Counted from the stretch's first letter, positions 1-9,658 are shown. The stretch: DNA of 50,171 bases from Candidatus Omnitrophota bacterium (GCA_028711765.1 JAQTRP010000001.1:1-50171); one strand, 5' to 3'. Notes: generated by a model not told the origin, from the sequence alone. Made by a program: numbers and translations.

Positions 1-3000
1 ACTGAAAATTCAAAAAAAGGCACTAAGTCTTCTCCTTTGCTCTTTTTATCGAGAAAATCGCCACGCTTAAGAAGACTCAAAATCGGCAGCGATACTCCTT
101 TGCTGTCGCAAGCTTTGACAAGATTATCTATAAATTGTCGCGACGCGAATTTTTTATAAATATTTTCATAATCTGTAAAAAGAGAACCGAGCCTGTCGAG
201 GTCCTCTTTCAAACCGGCAGCGTAACCTTTGCTCTTTTTAATAGCGTCTTCAAGTACATCCTCGATACCCGGAAGGTGTAAGCGCGCGGCTTCAACCATT
301 TCCTGTACTTCCCGCCCAAGTTTAAGTATCGGATAAATCTGGCTATTAACTCCATCCGGTTGGCTCTCCATTGACTTCATCCACTCTTCTGTGTTCTCGC
401 GGTAGCCGGGCCTCAAAAAACCTACGGTTAAATGTTGCGCCGCATCTGCTATCGCAAATGTTTTGTAAGTTAGGTTCTCCGGGGCATAAGAATCAAAAAA
501 AACCGGCTGGGCAGAGGCAGAAGAAACTTCAAGGCTCTGTTTGAGGGCATTAAAACGCTTCTTTAGAGTACTTAAGCTGTTCTTTCCCTCCCTGTCTCTG
601 ATCGTTGAGCTCATTTGGTCGACTACCTTTTCAATTTCCAGCACCTTACTACAAAGTTCTCCCATAATCGAATTTGAGGTGCCAATGCAAGCTGCATTGC
701 CCCAACCTCCCAGGGTCTTGAAATAATTCGCAAAGCTATGGGTAACGTAAACAAGCCAGTTGTTAAGCTCCGACATATCTTTTACGCTTTCTTCAATCCT
801 CCTGACCTGCCTCACGCGCTCCATCCAATGTATACATTCGAGTATAAACCCGGCCTGCACGGCGAAAGAGCCGAGATCCTTAAAAAGTTCGGCGTGACTT
901 CTCTCGTTAAAACTATCGTGGTCCGGAAAGAAAAAGTTCTTGCCCGCACTGCCCCAGTTGTTCATCATAATAACGCCTATAACCTCACCTGAATGGCTTC
1001 TTAGGGGCAGATAAATAATCTCATTCGCCGGTTCGTCATATGCCGCGAAATCCTTATCAAGCTGATTGTAATCAAGTATTCCGTCAAAAAAATCGTTTTT
1101 CTCTTCTTTGACGAGCCGCTTGATCTCTCCTCTTTTCAGTATAACGAGAACACCGTCGCGAAAAACGACAATGCCGCGTTTTCTTAATTCCTCAAGCTGC
1201 CTCAAGGCTTTCTCGTCCCCCTTGAGGATCCTTAGAAACCAAGCCTTTTCATCCGTCAGGACACGCCCTTCCTTCCCGTGGCGACTCGGAAACTTATTCT
1301 GCTTCTCGCGCACAAATTCTCTGAATTTCAGAGCGCCGGCCTTTTTATCAACAACGTATTTACCGTCATCCTTATCAAGCACTACCGTATAAAAACTGAC
1401 CCCCGATATGCCTATAACCTTAATAAGATCACTCGTTACGGCCCCGACTTTCGTGGTCGCCATTTCCCAGTCAACGCTCTCCTCCTTCATAGAGACTGCG
1501 GCCTCGCAAAGCTTCCTGATAAGTTCACGTTCGGCCACGGCATTAACGGGATAGCTGGCGACTTTACCCGTAAATTTAGGGCCGAGGGCGTAATATGCGG
1601 CCGTCGGGTCAAGACGGAATTCCCACGCAACGCGGGGATGTTCTATGTGCCCCCCGGCTATAAGTCCATTGATGCTCTCCCGCGCCGCAATGGCAGAATA
1701 TCCGAAGCGGATTAAAATTTCGCTGCCCTTAGGCTTTTTCGCGATGATATTCCCGGCATTGGGGGTGAGGGTGCGCCTATCTGAGCTCTCCTCATTCCTT
1801 ACCGCCCTTACGACATTCTCAAATAAAGTAGTAAAGACAAGCGTATTGCGGTAAAACGGCTCTACCGTAAACTCATCAAATTCAAGGAATTCATTCTCAA
1901 TGCGGTAGCTGCAGGTAGCGACATTACCGTGGTCAAAAACCCGTCCGATCGCATCTCCCGGCCTGATAACTTCCGCTTTTATTTCAAACTCGCCCATTCC
2001 TTTAGGCCACCATCTAATGAGCTTGCGGTTCTCCCATGCCTTTTCATTCTTTTGACTGAGTTCCGCGGATGAAAGAACCGCCCTCCGCTTTGCCGCAAAT
2101 TCAGGGTCGTCAACGTTTACAAATTTGTTATTATTTATAAAAACTGTTAAAGGCTTGCTGTTTTTGCCTACCCAAACATTCAGTAACGGTTTCTCTTTTC
2201 CTTCCCCCGTTACATTGTCTTCCTCTATCCGGACTTGATAGATAACGCCGGCGGGCGGATCGTCTTTCATGGACGCCTTGAGACGGTGTATGGCGAGGTC
2301 TTCCCTCGGATTCCCGCCGCGGCGCCTGAAATCGCCTATAAAGAAAGCTCTAAGCTTTAAACGCTTCTCTGTTTCCGGATTAGCGGTGTTAAGCTTGGTT
2401 TCAAATTCGGCCATGACTTCATCGGGACTGAACGTCGATCTCTGTTCGATATAGCGGTATATCTTCCAAAGCTCCTCCCATTCGGCGATAAGATAGTTTT
2501 CAAGATCACTCGCGGGATTTCCACAGAAGGCATCGTAATTTCGTCTAGCCCTGTCTTTGAATTTAACGCAAAATTCCTTCCACTTCCTCAGCCATTCATC
2601 CGCCGAGGCAATAGATTTTTCTTTGGACGCGTCCTCTTTCTCGAAGCGATACCGAAGAAGAGAAATGAGGCTTTCTTCAAAAGTGGTTCTTAGGCCTTCG
2701 TCTTTGCCGTTAAGCTCATTGCGGAAGAAAACCCTCATAATATCACAGGCGGCGTCGACGGCTTTATGGCGGCTAAGCGCCCGGGCGGCTTCGCCACGCT
2801 CACCGGCATCTTTTGAATAAAGAAGGGTGCGCACAAGATCGGAGGTTTGTCTACTGTCTTCAGTGCCGAGACTATGCCCTGAGCCGGTTGAGGGATCTAT
2901 ATCTTTAAGGTCGCGGCCGAGATAAATAAGGCTCAAGAGCTTCTTCTCGTCCGGCCGGAGCTTGTTAGCCTCAATGTAACGACGGAAAGCCCTCTCCATC

Positions 3001-6000
3001 CCTTCTTGTGATGAATTGCATTCGGAGTAAAGGTGGTCAATGGCATCCACAACCCACTTTCTTTCTTGTCTATGCCAAACGTACCGAAAGGCCTCGCGGA
3101 CTTTGTTTACACGCTCAAGCACGTTTTCTTTCTCGCTATCCTTTCGGATGATAATATGCGCCACGGCATCGGCGAGAATTTGATTCTTTTCGGTTTCGGA
3201 AATTTCCTCTGAAAAGTCCGCGATTGTAACCAGCCTGCGGAGGGAAAAAAGATTCGTGGTATGAAACATTAAATGGCGAATAAGGAAAAGTATTTTACCC
3301 TTCGTGGTTTCATATTTCTGCATACTAAAATCAGAGAGAATCTCGCTTTTCTTATCGGCAATTAATCTGTCTTCCAGGGCAAGCAGGGAGAAGAAACCGA
3401 CACGTTTGTTTATTTTTTCAGAAGCATCTTCAAACAGTTCTTCGACGGAAAGACTTTGCGGTTGCAATATCCCCCTTTTCTTAAGAAGGTCGAAATATGC
3501 GCCCAGAACACTCGCGCCAAATCTGCTGCAGCCGATCTCCGGAATACCACCGAAATAAAAAACCGTTTTTGCGACTCCCTTAAGCAGATTGGCGTCGGAC
3601 AAAATCAGGTCAAACAATTCATAGGCGGCTCTGCTTCGCATGCCGGTGGCGCTCTCCGACATACCAACGAGCACCGGCAGCGTTGTTCTAGCAAGATTAG
3701 CATCATGAAACTTAACGAGCTCTTTAATTCCCGCTTCCCCTAAATCAAGAAGTAGCCCTATAAGACGTTTTTGCCTCTTGCGGATTTCCTTAATACGGTC
3801 TTCGGCAAGGCGTTCTTCAAAGGGGGAATCCGCATATTCGGCTTCATCCGTGCCGACCCTGTTATACCAAGCATTATCTCTTACCCTGCCGGCATCATTT
3901 TGGGCTGCTTCGCCCTTCCACTTCTCTACAAGGACAAAATATTCGATAATCTGAAGCGCAACCATAGAGGGCGGGAACAAGCGTAATTCTTCCCGTGCGG
4001 CTTCAAGCTTTAACGGCGGCGGCGTACCCGAAAGAATCACTATTAATTCGCTCGCCCTCTCCGTTTGAAACTGAGCAATGACATCCTTAAAAACACCGAT
4101 AATAATGTCCCTGTTGGTTTTAACAACCGGAGCCAAGCGGTAGAGGTGATGAATAAATTTATCATCGAAAAGACCGAGGTCTTTGCGTAATTTCCCGTAC
4201 TTACCGGCAAGTTTATAGATTACCTTGTTAATTACCTCGTCCGTGAGTAAACCTATTTCTCTGAGCAACTGATGAGCGCTTTCGATAATACGCTTCCTGT
4301 TAGCTTCAAGCCATGCCTTAAGCCTTTCGGGCGACATCCCGTTTTCTGCGAGAGCGCTCCACCCCCAGAAACGCAGGATGTACTTACCTGTACCGGGCTC
4401 TTCCTGAACGAAGATATCGTCCGTACCGTTAATAAGATGGTTACCGAGAAGAAGCCGAAAGAGATCGCTTTCAATAAATTGGGGACGGTCAACAAGATAT
4501 GGATTCCACTCGTCGTAGTTCATCCAGACAATCGGCGGTGAGGCAATACTGCCTCCCGGACACTCAACTGAAATCAACCTGTCTTTACAATCAACAAGTG
4601 GCTTTGTTTCTTCAAAACGCTTCCCACCCTGAAAAACGTAAGTCGTCGCATAAAGTGTCCCGGTCGTCTTGTTAAGCCATAACCTTATCGGACTGATATT
4701 GTTAAAACCCACCGCCTGAGCAATTTCATATATCGCCCTTTCTTTAAACACTCCAACTGCATCCGCCGGATTTAATACTTGTCTTAATTCGACAAGTTGA
4801 TTTCCTTTTTCAAAACACACTGTTTTATCGCCGTTTGTGGGCTCGCCTACAATTTGCCAGCCTTCCCCTATCAAATCCAACTCAAGCGGCAGCCCAACAG
4901 CTTCATCCGTCCTGCCCAGACTTCGCCCTCCATAAAAAACGGCGGATTGATAAATTGTTTCAAGCTCGGCAAACCGCGAAGGATTAAACTGTACCGGAAT
5001 CCCTTTTTCGCGCGCCAGTTCGGCTAAATTAATCGGCCCCAAATACTTCTCGGTCAGGAGAAGCTGCGGGTCGGCAACAGTCTCGGCCTCAAGCGGCGAA
5101 TCGTCGCCTCCTATGCGCTTCCGGTACAAAACTTCTTCCGCGAAATCGGGCTCGATTCGCGGCACTATAACAACGTATGATATTCCCCTTTCGCGAAGCC
5201 GCTTTTTTATGCCGTCCGCGTGGAAACCTCCGGTAACAAGGAAAGCGCGCTTATCCCTATCAAGCACCTTGCTGAAATTCCTTGCAAGCGTGCCGTCACG
5301 TTTCTTGGCAAATTTGTAGAAACGGAGCGCTTTTTGGAATAAAGTATTTGGCAATGTACCTGGTACCGGTCTCGCGGGTCCGGTACCAGGTACATTGCCA
5401 GATGTGCCAAGTACGCGGTCCAGAACATCAAGATCGGCGGGCGTGGCCTTAAGCTCGCAAATCCTCTTTACAGCCTGAAAAACCTCAAGTTCCTTAAGTA
5501 AAACCCTATCCTCATCGTTCCGGATAAGCTTTTCCGTGCAACGGTTTTTTACCTCGCTTATTTCACGGAAAAGCCGCGCCGCGTTAAGGCTGTTTTTGAG
5601 AGTAAGATACTCGATATAGCGGCTCAGGTTGGGGTAATTGAACAATTTAAGGGCGGAAACCTTAGGAATGGATTGCGGCTCTTCTCCTTTTTCTTTTAAG
5701 GAAAGAAGCCCGTCTTCGTGCTCCGGATATTTCCTAATAAAATTATCGATCTCTTGGTTAAGCTTCGTTTTGTTAATCCGCCCGTTGGCATAAATAAGAG
5801 TATAAAATGCGCGTAGCTCGTGAAAAGAACCTGTATCGATCTCGAGCTCCTCGGATATTTTTAAGAATTCGCCGAGGGGCTTTAGAAAATCTTTCGATGT
5901 TACGATAGTATCCTTTAATTTAAGCATCTCCCAAAGCTTCCCCGGCAGAATCTTCTTCGCCCGCTCGTTAAGACCGGCTTCTCTCTCGTTAAGTAGAGGC

Positions 6001-6554
6001 AACCATTTCTCCTGAAGCCCAAGGGCCTCGAGATATTGCCTGCGGTTTGATTCATAGAGCCTTTTATCCTCGATACCGCAGAAACGCAGATTTTTATCGG
6101 ATAAAACCGTAAAATATTCGGAGCCGCTTAAGAGCGCCTCATGGAGAAGAAAGTCGCTCGCGAGCCTAAGGTAATCCTTATGCCTGTAATTTCGGAAGGG
6201 CTTAAGGTCGGCCTCACCGCTGCCACCCTCGACCGCGATGGTGCTTAGGAAATAACGTTTCGAAAGATATTCTATAATTTCCGATATTTTCTTCTGCGCC
6301 GGGCGATTACAGTGGGCATCCTGAATATAAACGGCAAGCCCGCCTCTTGGACCGCTGAAGACTTCATCCACAAAACCAAAGTCTTTCGGAATCGATATCG
6401 TGCGAGGATCGTAAAACGCGGAAGGCGTTAAATTGCCGGACGGAGCGTAGCCCGGTATGGCACCGGGCATAAGGGGCGCCGACCATGAAATGGTAGTCGC
6501 GCTGAAACACACAACTATTACGGCTGCGATTATCTTAATCAGTCTTGAATTCAT
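1..6554 (-). CDS. Giant multidomain membrane-anchored protein, N-terminal 2184 codons only (continues past the left edge); paralog of the ORF at 27134..36766
   Basis: Not in the ORF track because no stop lies in the window. ATG at 6554..6552 (in-frame TAA at 6582..6584 upstream). I translated the frame (codon low coordinate = 0 mod 3) by hand to nt 3 and met no stop. The N-terminus MNSRLIKIIAAVIVVCFSATTISWSAP is a hydrophobic anchor. ...LAVYIQDAHCNRPAQKKISEII..TIAVEGGSGE.. and ..AFLVTGGFHADGI.. are collinear with IVIYIQDAHCLYEAQKSIVSII..LIATEGGSGK.. and ..AILVTGGFHKQGI.. of the 3210-aa ORF. The + strand ORFs listed in 541..5319 are short antisense shadows. Confidence 0.85.
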   Translation of the reverse strand, partial: MNSRLIKIIAAVIVVCFSATTISWSAPLMPGAIPGYAPSGNLTPSAFYDPRTISIPKDFGFVDEVFSGPRGGLAVYIQDAHCNRPAQKKISEIIEYLSKRYFLSTIAVEGGSGEADLKPFRNYRHKDYLRLASDFLLHEALLSGSEYFTVLSDKNLRFCGIEDKRLYESNRRQYLEALGLQEKWLPLLNEREAGLNERAKKILPGKLWEMLKLKDTIVTSKDFLKPLGEFLKISEELEIDTGSFHELRAFYTLIYANGRINKTKLNQEIDNFIRKYPEHEDGLLSLKEKGEEPQSIPKVSALKLFNYPNLSRYIEYLTLKNSLNAARLFREISEVKNRCTEKLIRNDEDRVLLKELEVFQAVKRICELKATPADLDVLDRVLGTSGNVPGTGPARPVPGTLPNTLFQKALRFYKFAKKRDGTLARNFSKVLDRDKRAFLVTGGFHADGIKKRLRERGISYVVIVPRIEPDFAEEVLYRKRIGGDDSPLEAETVADPQLLLTEKYLGPINLAELAREKGIPVQFNPSRFAELETIYQSAVFYGGRSLGRTDEAVGLPLELDLIGEGWQIVGEPTNGDKTVCFEKGNQLVELRQVLNPADAVGVFKERAIYEIAQAVGFNNISPIRLWLNKTTGTLYATTYVFQGGKRFEETKPLVDCKDRLISVECPGGSIASPPIVWMNYDEWNPYLVDRPQFIESDLFRLLLGNHLINGTDDIFVQEEPGTGKYILRFWGWSALAENGMSPERLKAWLEANRKRIIESAHQLLREIGLLTDEVINKVIYKLAGKYGKLRKDLGLFDDKFIHHLYRLAPVVKTNRDIIIGVFKDVIAQFQTERASELIVILSGTPPPLKLEAAREELRLFPPSMVALQIIEYFVLVEKWKGEAAQNDAGRVRDNAWYNRVGTDEAEYADSPFEERLAEDRIKEIRKRQKRLIGLLLDLGEAGIKELVKFHDANLARTTLPVLVGMSESATGMRSRAAYELFDLILSDANLLKGVAKTVFYFGGIPEIGCSRFGASVLGAYFDLLKKRGILQPQSLSVEELFEDASEKINKRVGFFSLLALEDRLIADKKSEILSDFSMQKYETTKGKILFLIRHLMFHTTNLFSLRRLVTIADFSEEISETEKNQILADAVAHIIIRKDSEKENVLERVNKVREAFRYVWHRQERKWVVDAIDHLYSECNSSQEGMERAFRRYIEANKLRPDEKKLLSLIYLGRDLKDIDPSTGSGHSLGTEDSRQTSDLVRTLLYSKDAGERGEAARALSRHKAVDAACDIMRVFFRNELNGKDEGLRTTFEESLISLLRYRFEKEDASKEKSIASADEWLRKWKEFCVKFKDRARRNYDAFCGNPASDLENYLIAEWEELWKIYRYIEQRSTFSPDEVMAEFETKLNTANPETEKRLKLRAFFIGDFRRRGGNPREDLAIHRLKASMKDDPPAGVIYQVRIEEDNVTGEGKEKPLLNVWVGKNSKPLTVFINNNKFVNVDDPEFAAKRRAVLSSAELSQKNEKAWENRKLIRWWPKGMGEFEIKAEVIRPGDAIGRVFDHGNVATCSYRIENEFLEFDEFTVEPFYRNTLVFTTLFENVVRAVRNEESSDRRTLTPNAGNIIAKKPKGSEILIRFGYSAIAARESINGLIAGGHIEHPRVAWEFRLDPTAAYYALGPKFTGKVASYPVNAVAERELIRKLCEAAVSMKEESVDWEMATTKVGAVTSDLIKVIGISGVSFYTVVLDKDDGKYVVDKKAGALKFREFVREKQNKFPSRHGKEGRVLTDEKAWFLRILKGDEKALRQLEELRKRGIVVFRDGVLVILKRGEIKRLVKEEKNDFFDGILDYNQLDKDFAAYDEPANEIIYLPLRSHSGEVIGVIMMNNWGSAGKNFFFPDHDSFNERSHAELFKDLGSFAVQAGFILECIHWMERVRQVRRIEESVKDMSELNNWLVYVTHSFANYFKTLGGWGNAACIGTSNSIMGELCSKVLEIEKVVDQMSSTIRDREGKNSLSTLKKRFNALKQSLEVSSASAQPVFFDSYAPENLTYKTFAIADAAQHLTVGFLRPGYRENTEEWMKSMESQPDGVNSQIYPILKLGREVQEMVEAARLHLPGIEDVLEDAIKKSKGYAAGLKEDLDRLGSLFTDYENIYKKFASRQFIDNLVKACDSKGVSLPILSLLKRGDFLDKKSKGEDLVPFFEFS
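5350..5399. repeat. GTACCTGGTACC-core palindromic element, copy 1 (loop subtype A), located inside a coding region
   Basis: GGCAATGTACCTGGTACCGG-(TCTCGCGGGT)-CCGGTACCAGGTACATTGCC, with perfect 20-bp arms. It is read in frame by the giant ORF as GNVPGTGPARPVPGTLP. Confidence 0.9.
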
Positions 6555-6769
6555 TGGGATGTAACGACTTTCCGTCAAACTTTATTTAAGTCTAATATTA
6601 AGAGAGACAAAAAAATAGTTATCCCCTGTAAATAGAAGGGTTTAACTATTGTATCGAATATGCATAAATTATACTATATAAAGGGATAAATTACAAATGG
6701 AAAATCGACTAGGAAATATAGACCTGGGAAGTGTAACTCGTTATGATTGAATGAGTTGTAAGGAAGGCA

Positions 6770-7120
6770 CTACTTCTCGTAAAAAGTGAACGTTTTGAGG
6801 ATCTTCTTTTTGACTACCCACTGCGCTTTGAGACCCCTGGGAAAATGGATGATATCGCCTGCCAGGAAACGTTTTATTCTGCCATTCTTAAGTTTAACCT
6901 CGGCCTCGCCATAAAGTATGGTGCAGGTCTCGTCACCGGTATATTCCCACTTAAAGGCCCCGGGGGTGCAAGACCAAATGCCTGCCGAACAACAACCGTC
7001 TTTCGATTCAAATAAGACGACGCCCTTGGCCACCGGATTCCCCGAAACAATGTCCTCCCGCGGGATAGGCATGGCCTTCAGCGCGGTTTTCTTAACGCGG
7101 CGAATAAATGCGTCTCCCAT
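6770..7120 (-). CDS. Small single-domain cupin protein (DUF861/EutQ-like)
   Basis: 116 aa, ATG start. A beta-rich core (GIWSCTPGAFKWEYTGDETCTILYGEAEV...GDIIHFPRG) resembles small cupins. Family assigned by eye. Confidence 0.55.
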   Translation of the reverse strand: MGDAFIRRVKKTALKAMPIPREDIVSGNPVAKGVVLFESKDGCCSAGIWSCTPGAFKWEYTGDETCTILYGEAEVKLKNGRIKRFLAGDIIHFPRGLKAQWVVKKKILKTFTFYEK

Positions 7121-7144
7121 ACATTGTGCTCAATACAGTCTGGA

Positions 7145-7348
7145 TTAAAACTTTTCCGTTTCGCGCCGCTGATCCCGGCGGGCTTTCCGCTTGCCCTCTT
7201 CGCGTTCACGCCTGCGCTTGTCGGATCGCTTTTCAAACCGGAGCGACTTCTTATAATCCTGAATGATCCGGTGCTTCTGGCATTTTTTCTTAAAAAGACG
7301 TAGGGCGTCTTCTATTCTCTGTCCCTCTCGCACAACAACTTTTACCAC
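7145..7348 (-). CDS. rpsU: 30S ribosomal protein bS21
   Basis: 67 aa and very basic. VKVVVREGQRIEDALRLFKKKCQK...LRFEKRSDKRRRE matches the bS21 pattern. GTG start with AGGTGA 7 nt upstream. Confidence 0.85.
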   Translation of the reverse strand: MVKVVVREGQRIEDALRLFKKKCQKHRIIQDYKKSLRFEKRSDKRRREREEGKRKARRDQRRETEKF

Positions 7349-7455
7349 GCCTAATTCACCTCTCTTCTCTTTACTGGCGTTATTTCGTCGAGTTTTTACT
7401 GAGCCCCTCGACAGAGTTTACCCTGAACAAAACCGAAGGGCTTGGGGTAAAAGGA

Positions 7456-7902
7456 TTATTTATTCGCCGCCGGGGCTTTTTCCTTCGATTCGGTTCCCTT
7501 TGCCGGTGCCGGCGCTTCTGCTGTCTGTGACATTGCAGCCGCGCGTTGCTTTACTCTCTCTAAAAATTGCGGTTCCTGGGTGAGTTTCTTAACAATCGCG
7601 TTATAATCTTCGACGGTAATACCGGCGGTCTCAAGCGCCGCTCTGATCTGGCGGTTGGCCTCGATATTTATCCTTTGCGCCGCGGCGTCAACTTGAAGAA
7701 ACGCGTCTATTTTGGCATCGCTAAAATCCTGCGTAACCGGGGCGGCTTCCGGCGCAGCAGCCTCTGCCGGAGCTGCTTTTTCGGCAGTTTTCCCCTTGGC
7801 TTCCGCCTTTGCAGCATATAGCGAACCCGCGAAAATCAACGCGGACACTAAGCATACGGCGAGAAGTACCGCAAAACCGTTCCTCCTCACAAAATTAAAC
7901 AT
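7456..7902 (-). CDS. Secreted Ala/Pro/Lys-rich protein (possibly DUF4168-like)
   Basis: Signal-peptide-like N-terminus (FAVLLAVCLVSALIFAGSLYA). The track start 7905 is a TTG. The ATG at 7902 has GGAGG 6 nt upstream. Confidence 0.6.
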   Translation of the reverse strand: MFNFVRRNGFAVLLAVCLVSALIFAGSLYAAKAEAKGKTAEKAAPAEAAAPEAAPVTQDFSDAKIDAFLQVDAAAQRINIEANRQIRAALETAGITVEDYNAIVKKLTQEPQFLERVKQRAAAMSQTAEAPAPAKGTESKEKAPAANK

Positions 7903-8065
7903 CAAACTCCTCCTCTTTTTAGAAATGGTTTAAAACGATTAAACAGCCCAAATAAACGCGAATAATCTAACAACTAACTCATTAAAAAGCAAGTTCTTTT
8001 GGAATCACAGATTATCACAAACAGAACTACACAGATGGCCACAGATGAAAATCGACTAGCAAATA

Positions 8066-9637
8066 TTATGCCTGTGTATTCTCGAGTTCTTTTCTTATTT
8101 CCGGAAGCTTCGCAAGAACGGCCTTTGTTTCAGCTGGAAACTCGCGTAACAACTTGCGGTAAATAGACAAAGACTCTTTTTTCTTCCCCATAATCCAGTA
8201 CCGCCAGGCAAGATAACGCCGGGCAGAAAAAGAGTCGGGATGAATCTGGAGGGCGCGGCTGATGTGTTTAAGCGCCTCCTCATGTAGACTGCCGAAGTAA
8301 CCGGCCAGCCTGAGATGGGCCTCGAAAAAAGTTTCATCGTTGATTCCGAGCTGTTCTGAATAGTAATCGAACGGCTTTTCATTCCTCCACTGCCATTCCG
8401 AAAAAGGGGCGATCCACCCTTTTTCGGCAACGGTGCTCGCGAGCTTCCGCGCCATCATCGCCTGGCCGCGGATATTGGGACGGCAATTATCGTCGATGAG
8501 ATTAAAACCGACTAAACTGTTAGGCGAAGCTGATTCAAAAAGTCCGACGGTATCGATTAAGGGAACGCTATACTTCGTGCACAACTCTTCCAAAATATGA
8601 TTAATCGGGCGCGGCGCCCTGTTGTGAACTCCGTCATAGTCGACCGCCTCAAGGTAAAAAAGTCTCGCCTCGCCGTAGGAACCTAATGCCTCCGCCGCTT
8701 GTCCTTTCAGATACAAAGTATCGGCATAGCGCGGATCCACGCGCAACGGCCCTTCCAAAATCTCGATCGCCTCCGCAGGATTTCCCGTCTCAAGAAGGTT
8801 TCTCGCTTTATCAAGTTTTGACTTATAAGCTTCTTTTAGCTCATCAGCCAGATCGCGCGAGAAACAAGAATAACCGGGAGAAAAATCTCTGAAGTTCGAG
8901 ACGGGCTCAAAAAAAACAATCGAAATGCCGTTATCCTTTGCGAGGCGGATTATGGCGTCGATATTCTCGCGATAATAAGCAAGGCAATCTTTATATTCCG
9001 GACTCCCCACGGGCGAAAGCTCGTCCGGGCAATACCCGCGCGGCGTTATCTCGACCGTATCCTCTTGGGGGGCCCTTCCGCTCTCTTCCTTAATCCCGCG
9101 CCTAAGCCTATAGGCGAAGCCTTCGACAGACGATAGAAAATAACTCTTTCTAATAAGGTTTTTAAGGAGCGCTTTGATACTATGCCAATCTTTTTCTGCC
9201 TGAACGCGCCTATTGCCGGGAAAGAAATCATTGTGCCCGATATAAACCACGACAAGGTCGGGATGATAAGGAATAAGCTGCTTCAGAAGGCTCAAGCAAA
9301 AGGTACTTCCTTCGCCGGGCTGTCCGAAATTGACAATCTCGACTTTTTTACCGGGGAGAAAACTCTTCAAGTATTGATTGAGCCAAGTGCCGATTGTGGA
9401 CTGAGGGGCGTATTGCCAGCCGTGCATGGTGGATTCCCCGAGAAGGAAGATGCGATAATCGACGCCTTCTTTCGAAAGATTGATGCGGTTTTCGTCCACC
9501 GCTTGAGCGACGAATTTGCTTGTCCCCGGCTTCCTGACGATACGAAAAATGTATTCCAGCAAAGCGAACAAAAGGACGGTGCTTAATAAAATAATAAAAA
9601 ATGTCCGCAATAAGCTCTTGATCTGTGGAGTTGTCAT
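8066..9637 (-). CDS. SGNH/GDSL-type hydrolase fold protein with TPR-like helical repeats
   Basis: N-terminal TM helix. Block I-like FLLGESTMHG, block III-like VVVYIGHNDF, and TPR-like helical repeats (RYADTLYLKGQAAEALGSYGEARLFYLEAV; ALKHISRALQIHPDS...). Confidence 0.6.
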   Translation of the reverse strand: MTTPQIKSLLRTFFIILLSTVLLFALLEYIFRIVRKPGTSKFVAQAVDENRINLSKEGVDYRIFLLGESTMHGWQYAPQSTIGTWLNQYLKSFLPGKKVEIVNFGQPGEGSTFCLSLLKQLIPYHPDLVVVYIGHNDFFPGNRRVQAEKDWHSIKALLKNLIRKSYFLSSVEGFAYRLRRGIKEESGRAPQEDTVEITPRGYCPDELSPVGSPEYKDCLAYYRENIDAIIRLAKDNGISIVFFEPVSNFRDFSPGYSCFSRDLADELKEAYKSKLDKARNLLETGNPAEAIEILEGPLRVDPRYADTLYLKGQAAEALGSYGEARLFYLEAVDYDGVHNRAPRPINHILEELCTKYSVPLIDTVGLFESASPNSLVGFNLIDDNCRPNIRGQAMMARKLASTVAEKGWIAPFSEWQWRNEKPFDYYSEQLGINDETFFEAHLRLAGYFGSLHEEALKHISRALQIHPDSFSARRYLAWRYWIMGKKKESLSIYRKLLREFPAETKAVLAKLPEIRKELENTQA

Positions 9638-9658
9638 GACAATCTCTTAAAGCGCCGG

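Noticed and set aside
5207-5431. 74-aa minus-strand ORF overlapping palindromic element copy 1
   Set aside because: It is in a different frame from, and entirely inside, the continuous giant ORF. Its sequence (..MYLVPDPRDRYQVH..) is just the palindrome read in another frame.
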